Source: Macrostomum lignano
Lineage: Eukaryota
Assembly (NCBI GenBank): GCA_002269645.1
Contig: NIVC01004892.1
Coordinates: 1 to 32,125, forward strand
Length of the DNA: 32,125 nt
Reading direction: 5' to 3'
This document shows positions 1 to 12,224 of the stretch, piece by piece. The stretch's first letter is position 1, and every line of letters begins with the position of its first letter. The notes beneath the pieces are model-generated. The model made no database searches. It was given only the letters and a program-made list of their open reading frames with translations, and was not told the origin of the DNA. A program made the position numbers and the translations under genes.

Positions 1-2344
1 GTTCCGAGCTTTTGTCTATGGCTAAGAAAACCGACGCAGATCTGACGTTACAATAATTAATTGATGGTTTAATGAAAACTAGTAAATAATATGCAATTAA
101 TTTATTTTCATGCACAAATTTTCACGACAAAACTCTTTACAGACGCTCAAAAGTAGTAGTCAAGTGGTGCGGGTGATTGTTTTGCTGCTTGTATAAATGT
201 GTGTGTGCTTGTGATTGCATGACTTGGGCAGCATTTTAATATATTTCTTTATGGTTTCTATAGAGCTTTTTAAGAATCAAGTAAATAAATAATGCAATTA
301 ATATTGCTGTATGCACACTTTCCATTGGCTGATTGGAGATTTGCAATAGGAGACATATGCGGCATTGTTTAGAGGGTAATTAGCACTGAGCCTTTACTCA
401 CTGACTCGGTTTGATTCAGTCTTATCAACAATTAAATCTTTGCAAAAAATGTTGTCAGCGAAATTTCTCTGATAAAAAATTGTGCGATTCATTTATTTGT
501 TAAATTTGCTTTTTATCTAGCTGTGTGCTGCCTGTCTACTTGTCTGTGACTGTCTTTTGCCATTGTTATATGCTGTATCCGCTGAGAGTAGTATGTGCTG
601 AGTTGGGGATTCAAATATGATATAATATTATATTTGCATGTACATTCTAAGCCTATTAAAATACTAATAAATATATTTGCCATGCTCTGACACTCTGGCG
701 GAACTGGATATCCCACACTCATTAGAACTGTGAATTGTGACCTTCGATTGTCAGTTTTTTTCTGGGTGGCAACCAAGGACTACTTAAGTAGAAGGACACA
801 AGACTCAGAATTTCATTGGAGGCCGATTTTTTAATGTATCTCCTGTGCACGATATTGATCGTAAGATGCTTATTTTGTCGCAGAATAGGCAGTAACATAT
901 GCACTTTCAGTTAAGACATCAATAAGTTGAATAATTCGGACTTTAACAGCTCAAAATACTTGTCAACAGTACAGTCCTATATACTAAAAAATAATCTAAA
1001 ACTGCTGATTTTATTATGTCAAAATAAACAAGAAAGAACGTCAAAAGAGACGAAACTCCAAACTAGCAAGGTAGCAGATACAGGAAGAAAGATTTAAGAC
1101 ACTAGTCGTCCTTGGTGGCAACACGCCAAGTTGGGGTGGGCACTCGGCGGTGAACGTAATGCCATAAGGGCCAACCCCAAGGCAGGGTGATTTTGTGGAG
1201 ATTGTGTTGAGGAGGGTCTGTGCTGAGGCGGATCTGTGCTGTGAAGGATCTGCTGTGGAGGGTCATCTCTCTTGTGCATTTTTATTTTTCGGGATTTTGA
1301 CTTTTTAGACTTTTGAAGCTGTCTCTGAATATGTAATATTGACTGTGAAAAAAGACTTTTTTTTGCCTAATTTCAAGCACCTGATCTGTTACTTAATGGA
1401 AAATTCGCTTTTATTGCAAAATTTCGCCATTGGTTTACTGTTAGTAGTCTGTTAAATTAGTCTGTTAGTAACAGAAAGGCGCTCGAATCTTGGAATTTGT
1501 TACGGAATCAATACACCATGTGACCGGCGTGTAGACTGCAACTTCCGTGTTCGAATCAAGCAAAGGGTCTTTGTTACTTTTGCGCACAAAATAATCGCTT
1601 TTTCTGCGCGCTGTTTACTTGGCAACAAAAGCTGCTGTCTTTTGTATAACTCCAGTTTAATCAAGAGTTGGAGCTGAACATATATTTAAAAGTGGACAGG
1701 CGCGGCGGCGCCTCAAGTAGCGCTTTGAGACGGCTCTGAGAACGCTATATATGCGCTCCTTTATAATGCCGCTCTGTGTGGTACTTTCAATTGCGGCTTG
1801 AGTTTCTCCCCTTATACAGCGCTCGCCGCCTGTGTGAGGGCTATGAGGAGAGGAAAAGGGAAGTGTGAAAATGCGCGCGAGAGAGAGAGACCGTCGGAGA
1901 AGCGGCAGTGTGTCGGTTTCTCCCACTCACAATATACTCGTAGCTATCCGCGCCTTTGATTCTCAATTATTTTGGCTGGCCAACGGCAGAATTGGCACTC
2001 AAGTGTTGGAGTTCCTTTTTAGAGGAGGCTTCGGCTAAAGCCTTGGAAACTCAACACCCAATTAATAGGCTCTTTGCTTAGCCGTTTGTTCCTAACTTTC
2101 TGCTGTGAATAGCCGCCCCCCCCCTCAGATCCTCTATTGTTCGCGATAAAAGCGCTGATTGCGACTCTCAATGCGACCCGGCAGTTCATTGGCTCGTACC
2201 GTAGAGAGTGTCTGCTGTGGCTGTCAACTTTTTCTGTCGCCTCAGATAGACAAAAAATACAAAACTAAACCAAAATGTCAAAAAATATTTGTCAAGAGAT
2301 ACTTTAAATTCTAAAAGTAAAAATATCAAGTCCAAATCTAACAG

Positions 2345-2976
2345 ACAGACAGATTGCAATAGATACAGATTGCAATAGGCACAGATTGCAATAGATACAG
2401 ATTGCAATAGGCACAGATTGCAATAGATACAGATTGCAATAGGCACAGATTGCAATAGATACAGATTGCAATAGGCACAGATTGCAATAGATACAGATTG
2501 CAATAGGCACAGATTGCAATAGATACAGATTGCAATAGGCACAGATTGCAATAGATACAGATTGCAATAGGCACAGATTGCAATAGATACAGATTGCAAT
2601 AGGCACAGATTGCAATAGGCACAGATTGCAATAGATACAGATTGCAATAGATACAGATTGCAATAGACACAGATTGCAATAGGTACAGACTGCAATAGGC
2701 ACAGATTGCAATAGACACAGATTGCAAAAAATAGGCACAGATCGCAATAGACACAGATTGCAATAGACACAGATTGCAATAGACACAGATTGCAATAGAC
2801 ACAGATTGCAATAGGCACAGATTGCAATAGGCACAGATTGCAATAGGCACAGATTGCAATAGGCACAGATCGCAATAGGCACAGATTGCAATACACAGAC
2901 TGCAATAGACACAGATTGCAATAGGCACAGATTGCAATAGACACAGAGTTCAATAGACACAGACTGCAACAGACAC
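2345..2976. repeat. 16-bp minisatellite AGATTGCAATAG(ATAC/GCAC), about 39 units
   Basis: Read directly; the two variants alternate in the 5' part (32-bp dimer). Explains ORFs 2186..3064, 2304..3263, 2338..2937. Confidence 0.95.
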
Positions 2977-3638
2977 AAACTAAAACAGACCAAAGAAACA
3001 CAAATAAACGCAAAATAGAGCAGAAAGACTCCTGCCAATAAAAAGTAAGTTTTAGCCACACCATTATAATCTCTAGCAGAACAAAGCAGGCTCACGGCCA
3101 ACTCTCCTCCCAACCCCCTGTTGAGCACTGAACTCCGGAACCTGGGGTGAATTTCCTGAATTTGTCCCGAAGTGCTTGTGCTGCTTTTCCCAAACGATGA
3201 AGAGTTTATGGTCTGCTTGTAGCAGTTGGATTTGCGCTGAGAATGGCGTCCTGTTGAACTCACTGAAGCACCTACCTATGTATGAGACAAGGATGCTTGG
3301 TCTAAAAAAATAGCGGAAAAAGTGGTTCTCCTGCTAGGCCAAGCAGCACCACTTGACAGTCACCAGACCAGTGCGTGTTGCAGTCACAGAGCGAATTACT
3401 TGAAGACAATGTCCAGTGTTTTTTTAACCTTTGCCAATTTAGGTAGTGGTGTTAAAGGGGCTTAGTAGCGTCACAGGGGTTTGATTCCCCTGAACGGCCC
3501 CATTAATTTGTGGTTCGTACGCACCAGGGCCAACCCCAAGGCACGGAGAGTGTACACATGCCTGACGTTTAGAAAGTCAGGGTGGATGTACATGTACACC
3601 CTGTGTGAGCGTGTGTGTGCTAGTAATAGTGAACTCTG

Positions 3639-4020
3639 CCCAGATCCCCAATAATTTCAGCTCAGATCCCCAGTAATCTCAGCTCAGATCCCCAGTAATC
3701 TCAGCTCAGATCCCCAGAAATCTCAGCTCATATATCCCAGTAATCTCAGCTCAGATCCCCAGAAATCTCAGCTCAGATCCCCAGAAATCTCAGCTCAGAT
3801 CCCCAGAAATCTCAGCTCAGATCCCCAGAAATCTCAGCTCATATATCCCAGTAATCTCAGCTCATATATCCCAGAAATCTCAGCTCAGATCCCCAGAAAT
3901 CTCAGCTCAGATCCCCAGAAATCTCAGCTCAGATCCCCAATAATCTCAGCCCAGATCCCCAGTAATCTCAGCTCAGATCCCCAGGAATCTCAGCTCAGAT
4001 CCCCAATCATCTCAGCTCAA
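3639..4020. repeat. 22-bp minisatellite CTCAGATCCCCAG(T/A)AATCTCAG, about 17 units
   Basis: Read directly; occasional CTCATATATCCCAG variant. Confidence 0.95.
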
Positions 4021-4707
4021 ATCCTGAGTAACCACAGTGCTGAAATATATGGAAGGTATTCCCATTCCCTCTGAGACCGCAGCAGCAGGCAATGTATGAA
4101 CGACATCAGCTGGCCCATTATGAAAAATACAAAGGGAACTGATGCCAGAGTCTCAGACAAAGAGCAAATTCCCTTGCCACTTTGCAACCAGCGCAGCTCC
4201 CATTGTCTCCGGCAGAGCTGACAGGCACAGCAGGCCCGCCGTGTTTGACAAGAATCAGAAAAGTCCCACGGGGAAAGTGATACGAGCTCAACCCATGGCT
4301 GATGAAGCTATTATTTACACATTTTAGGAGTCGAAAAAATTGGTAGCAGACTCTGCAGCCAGGGTGTCGGCATTGTTTGACTTTGGCCACTTCAGATCTT
4401 TCTGCATTGCATAGCCCAGTTCTGGGCCTGCTGCTAGCCTGGATACACGGCGGCAGAGGGCGGCTGCAGCTGGGCGCCGATTCCAGCCGGACGCCTTGCG
4501 CGTATCGGATTACTCGGCAGCTGGAGAGAGCGAAACCGCCTAGTGACTCTCTGCGATATATTTATAGAGTACCGGCTCATTGTTCAGCCCTGTCTGCTAT
4601 TGCTGCCCTCTCCGCTTGTCACTCTTCATGTCATATTTGCCTCCGGAAATTCTTTGCGAATATTTTTGACCTGCTTTTTTCTAAGCTTTCGTAATTAAAA
4701 TATCTTG

Positions 4708-5404
<697 letters not shown>

Positions 5405-5405
5405 G

Positions 5406-5440
<35 letters not shown>

Positions 5441-5690
5441 AGGCAGGAAGAGACAGGGAGAGACAGGGAGAGACAGGGAGAGACAGGGAGAGACAGGAAG
5501 AGACAGGAAGAGACAGGAAGAGACAGGAAGAAACAGGAAGAGACAGAAAGAGACAGAAAGAGACAGGAAGAGACAGGGAGAGACAGGGTGAGACAGGGAG
5601 AGACAGGGAGAGACAGGGAGAGACAGGAAGAGACAGAGAGAGACAGGAAGAGACAGGAAGAGACAGGGAGAGACAGGGAGAGACAGAGGC
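5405..5690. repeat. (GATT)n tract followed by 10-bp GAGACAGG(G/A)A array
   Basis: Read directly; abuts the GATA array. Confidence 0.95.
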
Positions 5691-5929
5691 ATACAGAGTC
5701 AGAAAGATAAGTAGTACCGTGAACAGCATGCGAGCACAATGGGCCCGCACTGAGCATGGAAACTCATTTTGATCAGATTTCTCCCAAATGCCAGCTCTTT
5801 GCCAGCTGTCCGGCTTGTCAATCAAGCAGCAGCCCTTCCTGACAACCTGTCTGGCATGCATCGAGCCCCAGTGCCCCAATGAAGTGGCAGTGCAGAATGA
5901 AGCGGACTCAGCCGCTGCATTTAGCCAGC

Positions 5930-6050
5930 CATGTGACTCACGTCGCTGCCTTCTCACTTTCCCCCCCCCCCTCGTCTCATTGGTTCGCCATGCGTGAGCC
6001 AAACCCGCAATGTTTGCGGCCTTCTCCTCCGTCCAGCTCCGCCCACTTTC
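5930..6050 (+). promoter_or_regulatory. Candidate Eph proximal promoter motifs: TGACTCA (5934-5940), inverted CCAAT box ATTGG (5979-5983), GC box CCGCCC (6039-6044)
   Basis: Motif matches in a CpG-rich stretch 170-280 nt upstream of the ATG. Short motifs, no TSS data. Confidence 0.3.
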
Positions 6051-6211
6051 CCCTTTTTGATCGCGCGAGTAGAGGGAAGAGAAACATTTTTCTAGAGAAA
6101 AAACTTTGGTTAGAAGAAAAATGACCAACTGACTCAATTATCGGCTTTGATAATTCTCTTGAAGGAACAGGTGTGAAAATTAGTTTATTGGTTTACCTTT
6201 GTGCTGATTGC

Positions 6212-6332
6212 ATGGCGAACACCTGGGGTCGACTGCAGCTCGCACCGATGCTGGTGCTGCTGACGCTGTTGCTGCTGACGCCGGCGCACCTCATGCTGGC
6301 ACCCGATGCCGACAGGCTGCCCGAGGAGGCGC
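6212..6332 (+). CDS. Eph: Eph receptor exon 1 (start codon and signal peptide), MANTWGRLQLAPMLVLLTLLLLTPAHLMLAPDADRLPEEA + 1 nt
   Basis: ATG at 6212, Leu-rich hydrophobic core, GC3-rich codons, consensus donor C|GTAAGT at 6333. 121 nt gives phase 1, which joins exon 2 in frame. Linking it to the Eph exons is an inference from phase and gene architecture. Confidence 0.8.
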
Positions 6333-6389
6333 GTAAGTATTTCATCTTTTGGGGCTCAAAACACAGATTCAGAGGAATGATGAAGAAGG

Positions 6390-6668
6390 CTGAGAGGCAG
6401 ATTCAGTGACAGAAGAGTCAAAGCTAAGAGGCAGATTCAGTGACAGAAGAGTCAAAGCTAAGAGGCAGATTCAGTGACAGAAGAATCAAAGCTGAGAGGC
6501 GCAGATTCAGTGACAGAAGAATCAAAGCTGAGAGGCAGATTCAGTGACAGAAGAATCAAAGCTGAAAGGCAGATTCAGTGACAGAAGAGTCAAAGCTGAG
6601 AGGCAGATTCAGTGACAGAAGAATCAAAGCTGAGAGGCAGGTTCAGTGACAGAAGAGTCAAAGCTGAG
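6390..6668. repeat. 34-bp minisatellite GAGGCAGATTCAGTGACAGAAGA(G/A)TCAAAGCT(A/G)A, about 8 units
   Basis: Unit starts at 6394 and 6428 (34-bp spacing). Confidence 0.95.
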
Positions 6669-7279
6669 CTCAGCTGGCTGTTGGAAACGCAAGCGGCCCA
6701 GACTGAGCCATCTAAAGCCGGCACTGTATACAGGCTAATATGCATGTAGGATACGGCATTTCTCTCGCCCGGCGTGAGCATAAAACTTTAATTAACACCG
6801 AATAGTTAATTAATTTCTCCGCCCTCCACCCGTCCTCCCCTCTCCGCCACGCGGGTAGCTGAAGCAGCAGAAGCAGCAAGCAGCAAAATCGAAAGCAGAA
6901 GCCTGTGAAAAAGGCGAACCAAGCAAGCCCTGCTAACCCTTTCTGAATTGAAAACCTCGGTGGTAGGTCCGATGCTGCTCAGACCCGATACAGCCAATAA
7001 ATATATTTTAGAACCTCGGCTATTCTAAAATTTAAGAAATTTAAGCATCTGCTCAAGTCGTGAAACTGAGAATTTGCCCTCTGGCGTGCTTTCGATTCTG
7101 CGGTGAGAAGCGCGCAGTAACTTAAGAGGGGGGGGGGGGCTGCGAGTCGAATACCGCAAACCAAGCAAATTAAAAGTACTGATTTCGAGTCTTCCAGACG
7201 GATTTTTTGTAGAATGCATCGGCACCTAATTGGGCCTTTTCTTTAGTGAAGGCTGCATAAGCGCGCACTGCTATAAGCG

Positions 7280-7805
7280 TACCAAAAACTGGGCGCTTAA
7301 GGGGGACTCTACCAAAAACTGGGCGCTTAAGGGGGACTCTACCAAAAACTGGGCGCTTAAGGGGGACTCTACCAAAAACTGGGCGCTTAAGGGGACTCTA
7401 CCAAAAACTGGGCGCTTAAGGGGGACTCTACCAAAAACTGGGCGCTTAAGGGGACTCTACCAAAAACTGGGCGCTTAAGGGGGACTCTACCAAAAACTGG
7501 GCGCTTAAGGGGACTCTACCAAAAGCTGGGCGCTTAAGGGGGACTCTACCAAAAACTGGGCGCTTAAGGGGACTCTACCAAAAGCTGGGCGCTTAAGGGG
7601 GACTCTACCAAAAGCTGGGCGCTTAAGGGGGACTCTACCAAAAGCTGGGCGCTTAAGGGGGACTCTACCAAAAGCTGGGCGCTTAAGGGGACTCTACCAA
7701 AAACTGGGCGCTTAAGGGGGACTCTACCAAAAACTGGGCGCTTAAGGGGGACTCTACCAAAAACTGGGCGCTTAAGGGGGACTCTACCAAAATCTGCGCG
7801 CTTAT
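7280..7805. repeat. 29/30-bp minisatellite TACCAAAAACTGGGCGCTTAAGGGG(G)ACTC, about 17 units
   Basis: Read directly; unit length varies with the G run. Confidence 0.96.
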
Positions 7806-8160
7806 TCGATGCGCGCTAACGATAGCATCCGTTTTTCTACATGCTACCATTCGAACGGAGAAAGTTCCTTGAGAAATCTCCCGTTTAAAAAAAACAGCAT
7901 TGCAGAGATGGGGTTGAGTTTAAATTCAGGATTTCTGCCGCCTTGATTTTCGGCAGTGGCCCCAACTTACTAACTGACTAATATCTAAATAATCCGGTTG
8001 ACAGCCAGTTTTGATTGATGGACGCTGGCCCAGCTAGTTATTGATAATATAATCGGTTTTAATTTAAGTAATGCGTTTGACTATGGTTAAATATTTAAAT
8101 ATGGCTTTTCATTGAGTCTAAATTCCCACAATATTTGAAATCTCCAAATTTTCCAATTCA

Positions 8161-8660
8161 CAAGTGTGTTTACATTCCCAAAAAGTTCACGTTTCCAAGT
8201 TATCACATTCCCAAGTGTTCACATTCCCAAGTGTTCTCATTCCCCAAGTGTTCACATTCCCCAAGTGTTCACATTCCCCAAGTGTTCACATTCCCAAGTG
8301 TTCACATTTCCCAAGTATTCGCATTCCCAAGTGTTCACATTCCCAAGTGTTCACATTTCCCAAGTGTTCACATTCCATAAGTGTTCACATTCCCAAGTGT
8401 TCACATTCCATAAGTGTTCACATTCCCAAGTGTTCACATTCCCAAGTGTTCACATTCCCCAAGTGTTCACATTCCCCAAGTGTTCGCATTCCATAAGTGT
8501 TCACATTCCCAAGTGTTCACATTCCCCAAGTGTTCACATTCCCAAGTGTTCGCATTCCCCAAGTGTTCACATTCCCAAGTGTTCACATTCCCCAAGTGTT
8601 CACATTCCCCAAGTGTTCACATTCCCAAGTGTTCGCATTCCCCAGGTATCCACATTTTTC
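8161..8660. repeat. 16/17-bp minisatellite TTCACATTCCC(C)AAGTG, about 30 units
   Basis: Read directly. Confidence 0.95.
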
Positions 8661-9111
8661 AAGTTTTCGATCACATTCCTTAAGTAATCAAATTCGCGGA
8701 TTTTTTTAATTACCTTGCATTTCTAATTCTCTGAAAGACGGTTGAGAATAAAATTTGAGGTGCAAGCTGCTATGAGGAATGGATCAGCTTTTTGACAGCC
8801 TGAGCCAAAAGCCTCCAGACTCCACAGGCTGCCCCAGGCTCTCAGTTTCACCACCCCGCGGGGCTACATGACGATGAGGTTTAAATTTTTAACTGGAGAA
8901 AAAGAGACGAGGCTGCATGCTTCATCAACACCTGACGAGGCGCACCAGACACTGTCAGAAATATTTCATTTCGTTTTTGACTGCGGCCGCGGGGCTGCAG
9001 TGCCGTGAAGGGGCTGCTTGAGAAAAGTAAAAGGGAGTTGGTAGGGGGGGGGGAGAATTGAGGCAGCTCAGCACGCCCGCTGGGAAAGGCCCTCGGCTTC
9101 TCCTGCTTCTT

Positions 9112-9138
9112 AGCAGCAGCAGCAGCAGCAGCAGCAGC
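9112..9138. repeat. (AGC)9 trinucleotide tract
   Basis: Read directly. Confidence 0.9.
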
Positions 9139-9939
9139 AAAGTGAAGAAACAAAAAGTGGCGGCAAGACAAAAAGTTGTCGCGGCAGGAAAATCGAAGCC
9201 GCTTGCAGGAGAATTGAGAAGGGAGAGGTTTAAACCTCTGCGGCCGTCACCTGAATGTCTGCAGGAAATTCACACCCCGACACTTGACTGCTTCTAGGAG
9301 GCGCTTTCTGCTGCTTCCCGGCTGTAACTTTTAATTCCCACCTGGCCCCCCTCCCGGCTCTGAGGGGTCCTGTGTTTCACTTCTCTCTTCCTAACCTTCT
9401 CCCCCCAACCTTAACCAGTTTTTCATCTCTTCTAGAGGGAGTTTTTTCTGCCAGAAAAAAGTTGTCCAGTCTGTTTCCCCAGCCTCGTGGCCAAGGAGTT
9501 GATAGCCCGGCTGACCTGACAAGGTGGCCAAATTCTTTTTTTGTTTTGTTCGTCTTGCTCCAAAAAAGCAGTTTTAACGGATCTGCTGGAGCTCCTGGCC
9601 TCATCCGGGATTTCCGTGACTCATCTTTCTTCTGCTTTTTAACTCCAGTTTTCTTCTTTCTGTAGAGAATTCTTCTGGGAGCAGCAGCGGTCGGCTGCAG
9701 GGCCGCCTTGGAGAAATTCTGGTTTGAGCCCCTCGGATTGAGTTTATCGGGCCTCAGCCATCTCTGCCTGGCGTCTCTTCCAGCTTGCCTTGTCAGATTT
9801 CTGAGTTCCCGATTTCCCTGAAAGATCTTTCTCTGTATTTCCTTTGCTCTCGTTCTCTTTCGCGTCGTTTCTAAGAAAAGTTGCGCTACTTCTTCGGCGT
9901 GGGGTTAATTTTTTGGGCGCCTCACTGGGAGCACCAGCT

Positions 9940-10078
9940 GACGGCGCAGCACAGGTGGCGCCACACTGAGGGCGCAGCACAGGTGGCGCCACACTGAGTG
10001 CGGCACACTGAGGGCGCAGCACAGGTAGCGCCACACTGAGAGCGCAGCACAGGTGGCGCCACACTGAGGGCGCCACAC
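9940..10078. repeat. About 28-bp GC-rich repeat GGCGCAGCACAGGTGGCGCCACACTGAG, 4-5 units
   Basis: Read directly. Confidence 0.85.
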
Positions 10079-10112
10079 AGGATCAGGTCTTTGAACAGAG
10101 AATGTTGAATTT

Positions 10113-10264
10113 AAGAGTCAAAATGGAGCCTGAAGCATTGGGTCCCGGTTTCTCTACGCCAATCCCTTCATTTGGAGCTTCAAATGCTTGAAAGACGAGA
10201 TTTTATATGTTGGTATGGCTTAGAGAAATCGGGACCGAATGTTTCGGGCTCCATTTTGACTCTT
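10113..10264. mobile_element. Foldback/MITE-like element: 48-bp inverted arms (10113-10160 and 10217-10264), 56-nt spacer
   Basis: Arms match at 43/48 positions as reverse complements, with weaker similarity for another 10-20 nt outward. No clean TSD. The inverted repeat is observed; the MITE identity is inferred. Confidence 0.6.
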
Positions 10265-10931
10265 CAGTTCACATCCTCTTTGTATAAGCTTCATTGATAG
10301 ATAAAGGCAAACCATAAAAAAGCTTAAAAACCTAAATTCAACATCTTCAACATACTACTTGTTTAGTCGTCCAAGTAGCCAGTAGAAACTTTTTTCTCTA
10401 TACCTACCTAGTAAATTAAATTACAGAATGAAGACAAATTTGCTGTTCTCAGCTACACAATCAGATAAATGGCGCCAGCTGCAGTGGAGCTGGTTACAAT
10501 TTGTTTCTGCAGCCAGACCGGAGTCGCAGTATTTTCAAGCTGAATCAAATCGAGCGTGCAATTCTTGCCCCTAGAAAGACTCCGTGGAGCTGTCAGTCTC
10601 TGGTGGGATAAAGGCCACGTGGTGCGGTATCGGGACCGATTTGTATATCACTGAGGCATGCAAATCTTCTGTCTTAGTCAGTGCACGTACCATGGAGAGT
10701 AAGTTTCCTTTGTTAGGCGAGTAGCTGCAGTGGAGTGTGTATATTTTTTGGTGAGACAAATGCAATTGGAGCAAAATTACTTCCACTGCTTCAGTTTTTT
10801 GAAAGCACTGAACTGACTGCAGTAGAAATTAAAACAAATAACTCAGTTCAATAAGTCATACCTGTTCTTGTCAAATTGTTTGTAACAGTAACAGGTAACA
10901 GGATTAATTACCAAACTTCACAGTTTTTTAG

Positions 10932-11484
10932 GAGCGCCAAAATCAGGGCTAAGATTGGCGCCAAAGTCAGTGTTAAGATTGGCGCCAAAATCTGTGCTAA
11001 GAAGGGCGCCAAAACCTGTGCTAAGATTGGCGCCAAAGTCAGTGCTAAGAAAGGCGCCAAAACCTGTGCTAAGATTGGCGCCAAAGTCAGTGTTAAGATT
11101 GGCGCCAAAATCTGTGCTAAGATTGGCACCAAAGTCAGTGCTAAGATTGGCGCCAAAATCAGTGCTAAGAAGGGCGCCAAAATCAGTGCTAAGATTGGCG
11201 CCAAAATCAGTGCTACGAGCGTACGATTGGCGCCAAAATCAGTGCTACGAGCGTACGATTGGCGCCAAAATCAGTGCTACGAGCGTACGATTGGCGCCAA
11301 AATCAGTGCTACGAGCGTACGATTGGCGCCAAAATCAGTGCTAATATTGGCGCCAAAAATCTGTGCTAAGATTGGCGCCAAAGTCAGTGCTAAGAAGGGC
11401 GCCAAAATCAGTGCTAAGAAGAGCGCCAAAATCAGTGCTAGAAGGGCGTCAAAGTCGTTGCTAAGAAGGGCGCCAAAATCAGTG
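10932..11484. repeat. 24-bp minisatellite GGCGCCAAAATCAGTGCTAAGATT with an internal block of 32-bp variants (...CTACGAGCGTACGATT)
   Basis: Read directly; explains the AKIGAKVS-type ORFs. Confidence 0.95.
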
Positions 11485-12224
11485 CCTCAAATCATCTCAT
11501 TTGGATTTTAAGAATCAGGCTGTCATGGAATAGCTTGTATATTTTAAATTTTTACAAGCGCGTAAGATCGAGGATATTGAACTGCTCTGCTAGCACAGAG
11601 ATTTTTTATAATTGTCTTTGTCCAGCTGCAACAAAGACGCCACGCGGTGCGCCCTTTGAAGCTGGCCCTCCAAACGGCTACTTAAGAAAGTGAGCCTTCA
11701 AAAGCCCTAAAAAGCTTGGCCCTGCCAACTGGTGAGTTGCATAATCCACCCGCCTGACCCTCAGCGGGGGGTGGCGGCGCGTCCCAATATCTAAACTGGT
11801 AGGCCGGCCCGCCCAGTGTGACGTCATCAACTGGAGGTCCATCTGGGGGCTCTATGATGATGATGATGATGATAATGGGCTCGTGTTTGCCCACCGCCAT
11901 CCCAGCAGCCAGGCTTAACAACCCCCTCCCTTTCTCTGGAGAGAAAGTCAAGACTGCAGGAAGCGCTATGCGAATTTAATTTAATCCCCTCCATCTCCCC
12001 AATGACTCGTCTTCCTTCTGGTCTTTGTTTGACTGTGTGCATGGCTGTGTGTTTGACTGGGTTGTCAGGCCCCCCCCCGCGCCCGAACTCCCTCTGACAG
12101 CAGCAGGAAGTCTGCATAATTGACGCACAACGCAGGAAGTCGCTTTAGTTGAAGCAGATAGCAAAACTTCAGATTTATCACCTGACTTTCCGGCCCGGTC
12201 TTGCTTTCAGACCTTGTGTCTGAC

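Noticed and set aside
768-1120. Imperfect inverted repeat (GGCAACCAAGGACTAC / GTCGTCCTTGGTGGCA) as MITE ends
   Set aside because: Only about 13/16 identity and no TSD.
1530-1560. tRNA-like GACTGCAA...GTTCGAATC
   Set aside because: No cloverleaf or acceptor stem.
2345-2976. ATTGCAAT palindrome in the 16-mer as a C/EBP site array
   Set aside because: Lacks the central dinucleotide of the ATTGCGCAAT consensus.
3097-3264. Possible minus-strand exon (SSTGRHSQRK...)
   Set aside because: No recognisable homology and unbiased codon use.
9224-9239. 16-bp perfect palindrome AGAGGTTTAAACCTCT
   Set aside because: About 0.5 expected by chance in 32 kb.
10575-10710. Open + frame ending at a GTAAGT donor-like site
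   Set aside because: No recognisable homology, no GC3 bias like the true exons, and not needed for the Eph model.
10876-11511. Lys/Ala-rich ORF resembling histone H1 tails (AKIGAKVS)
   Set aside because: Translation of a 24-bp minisatellite; no globular domain.
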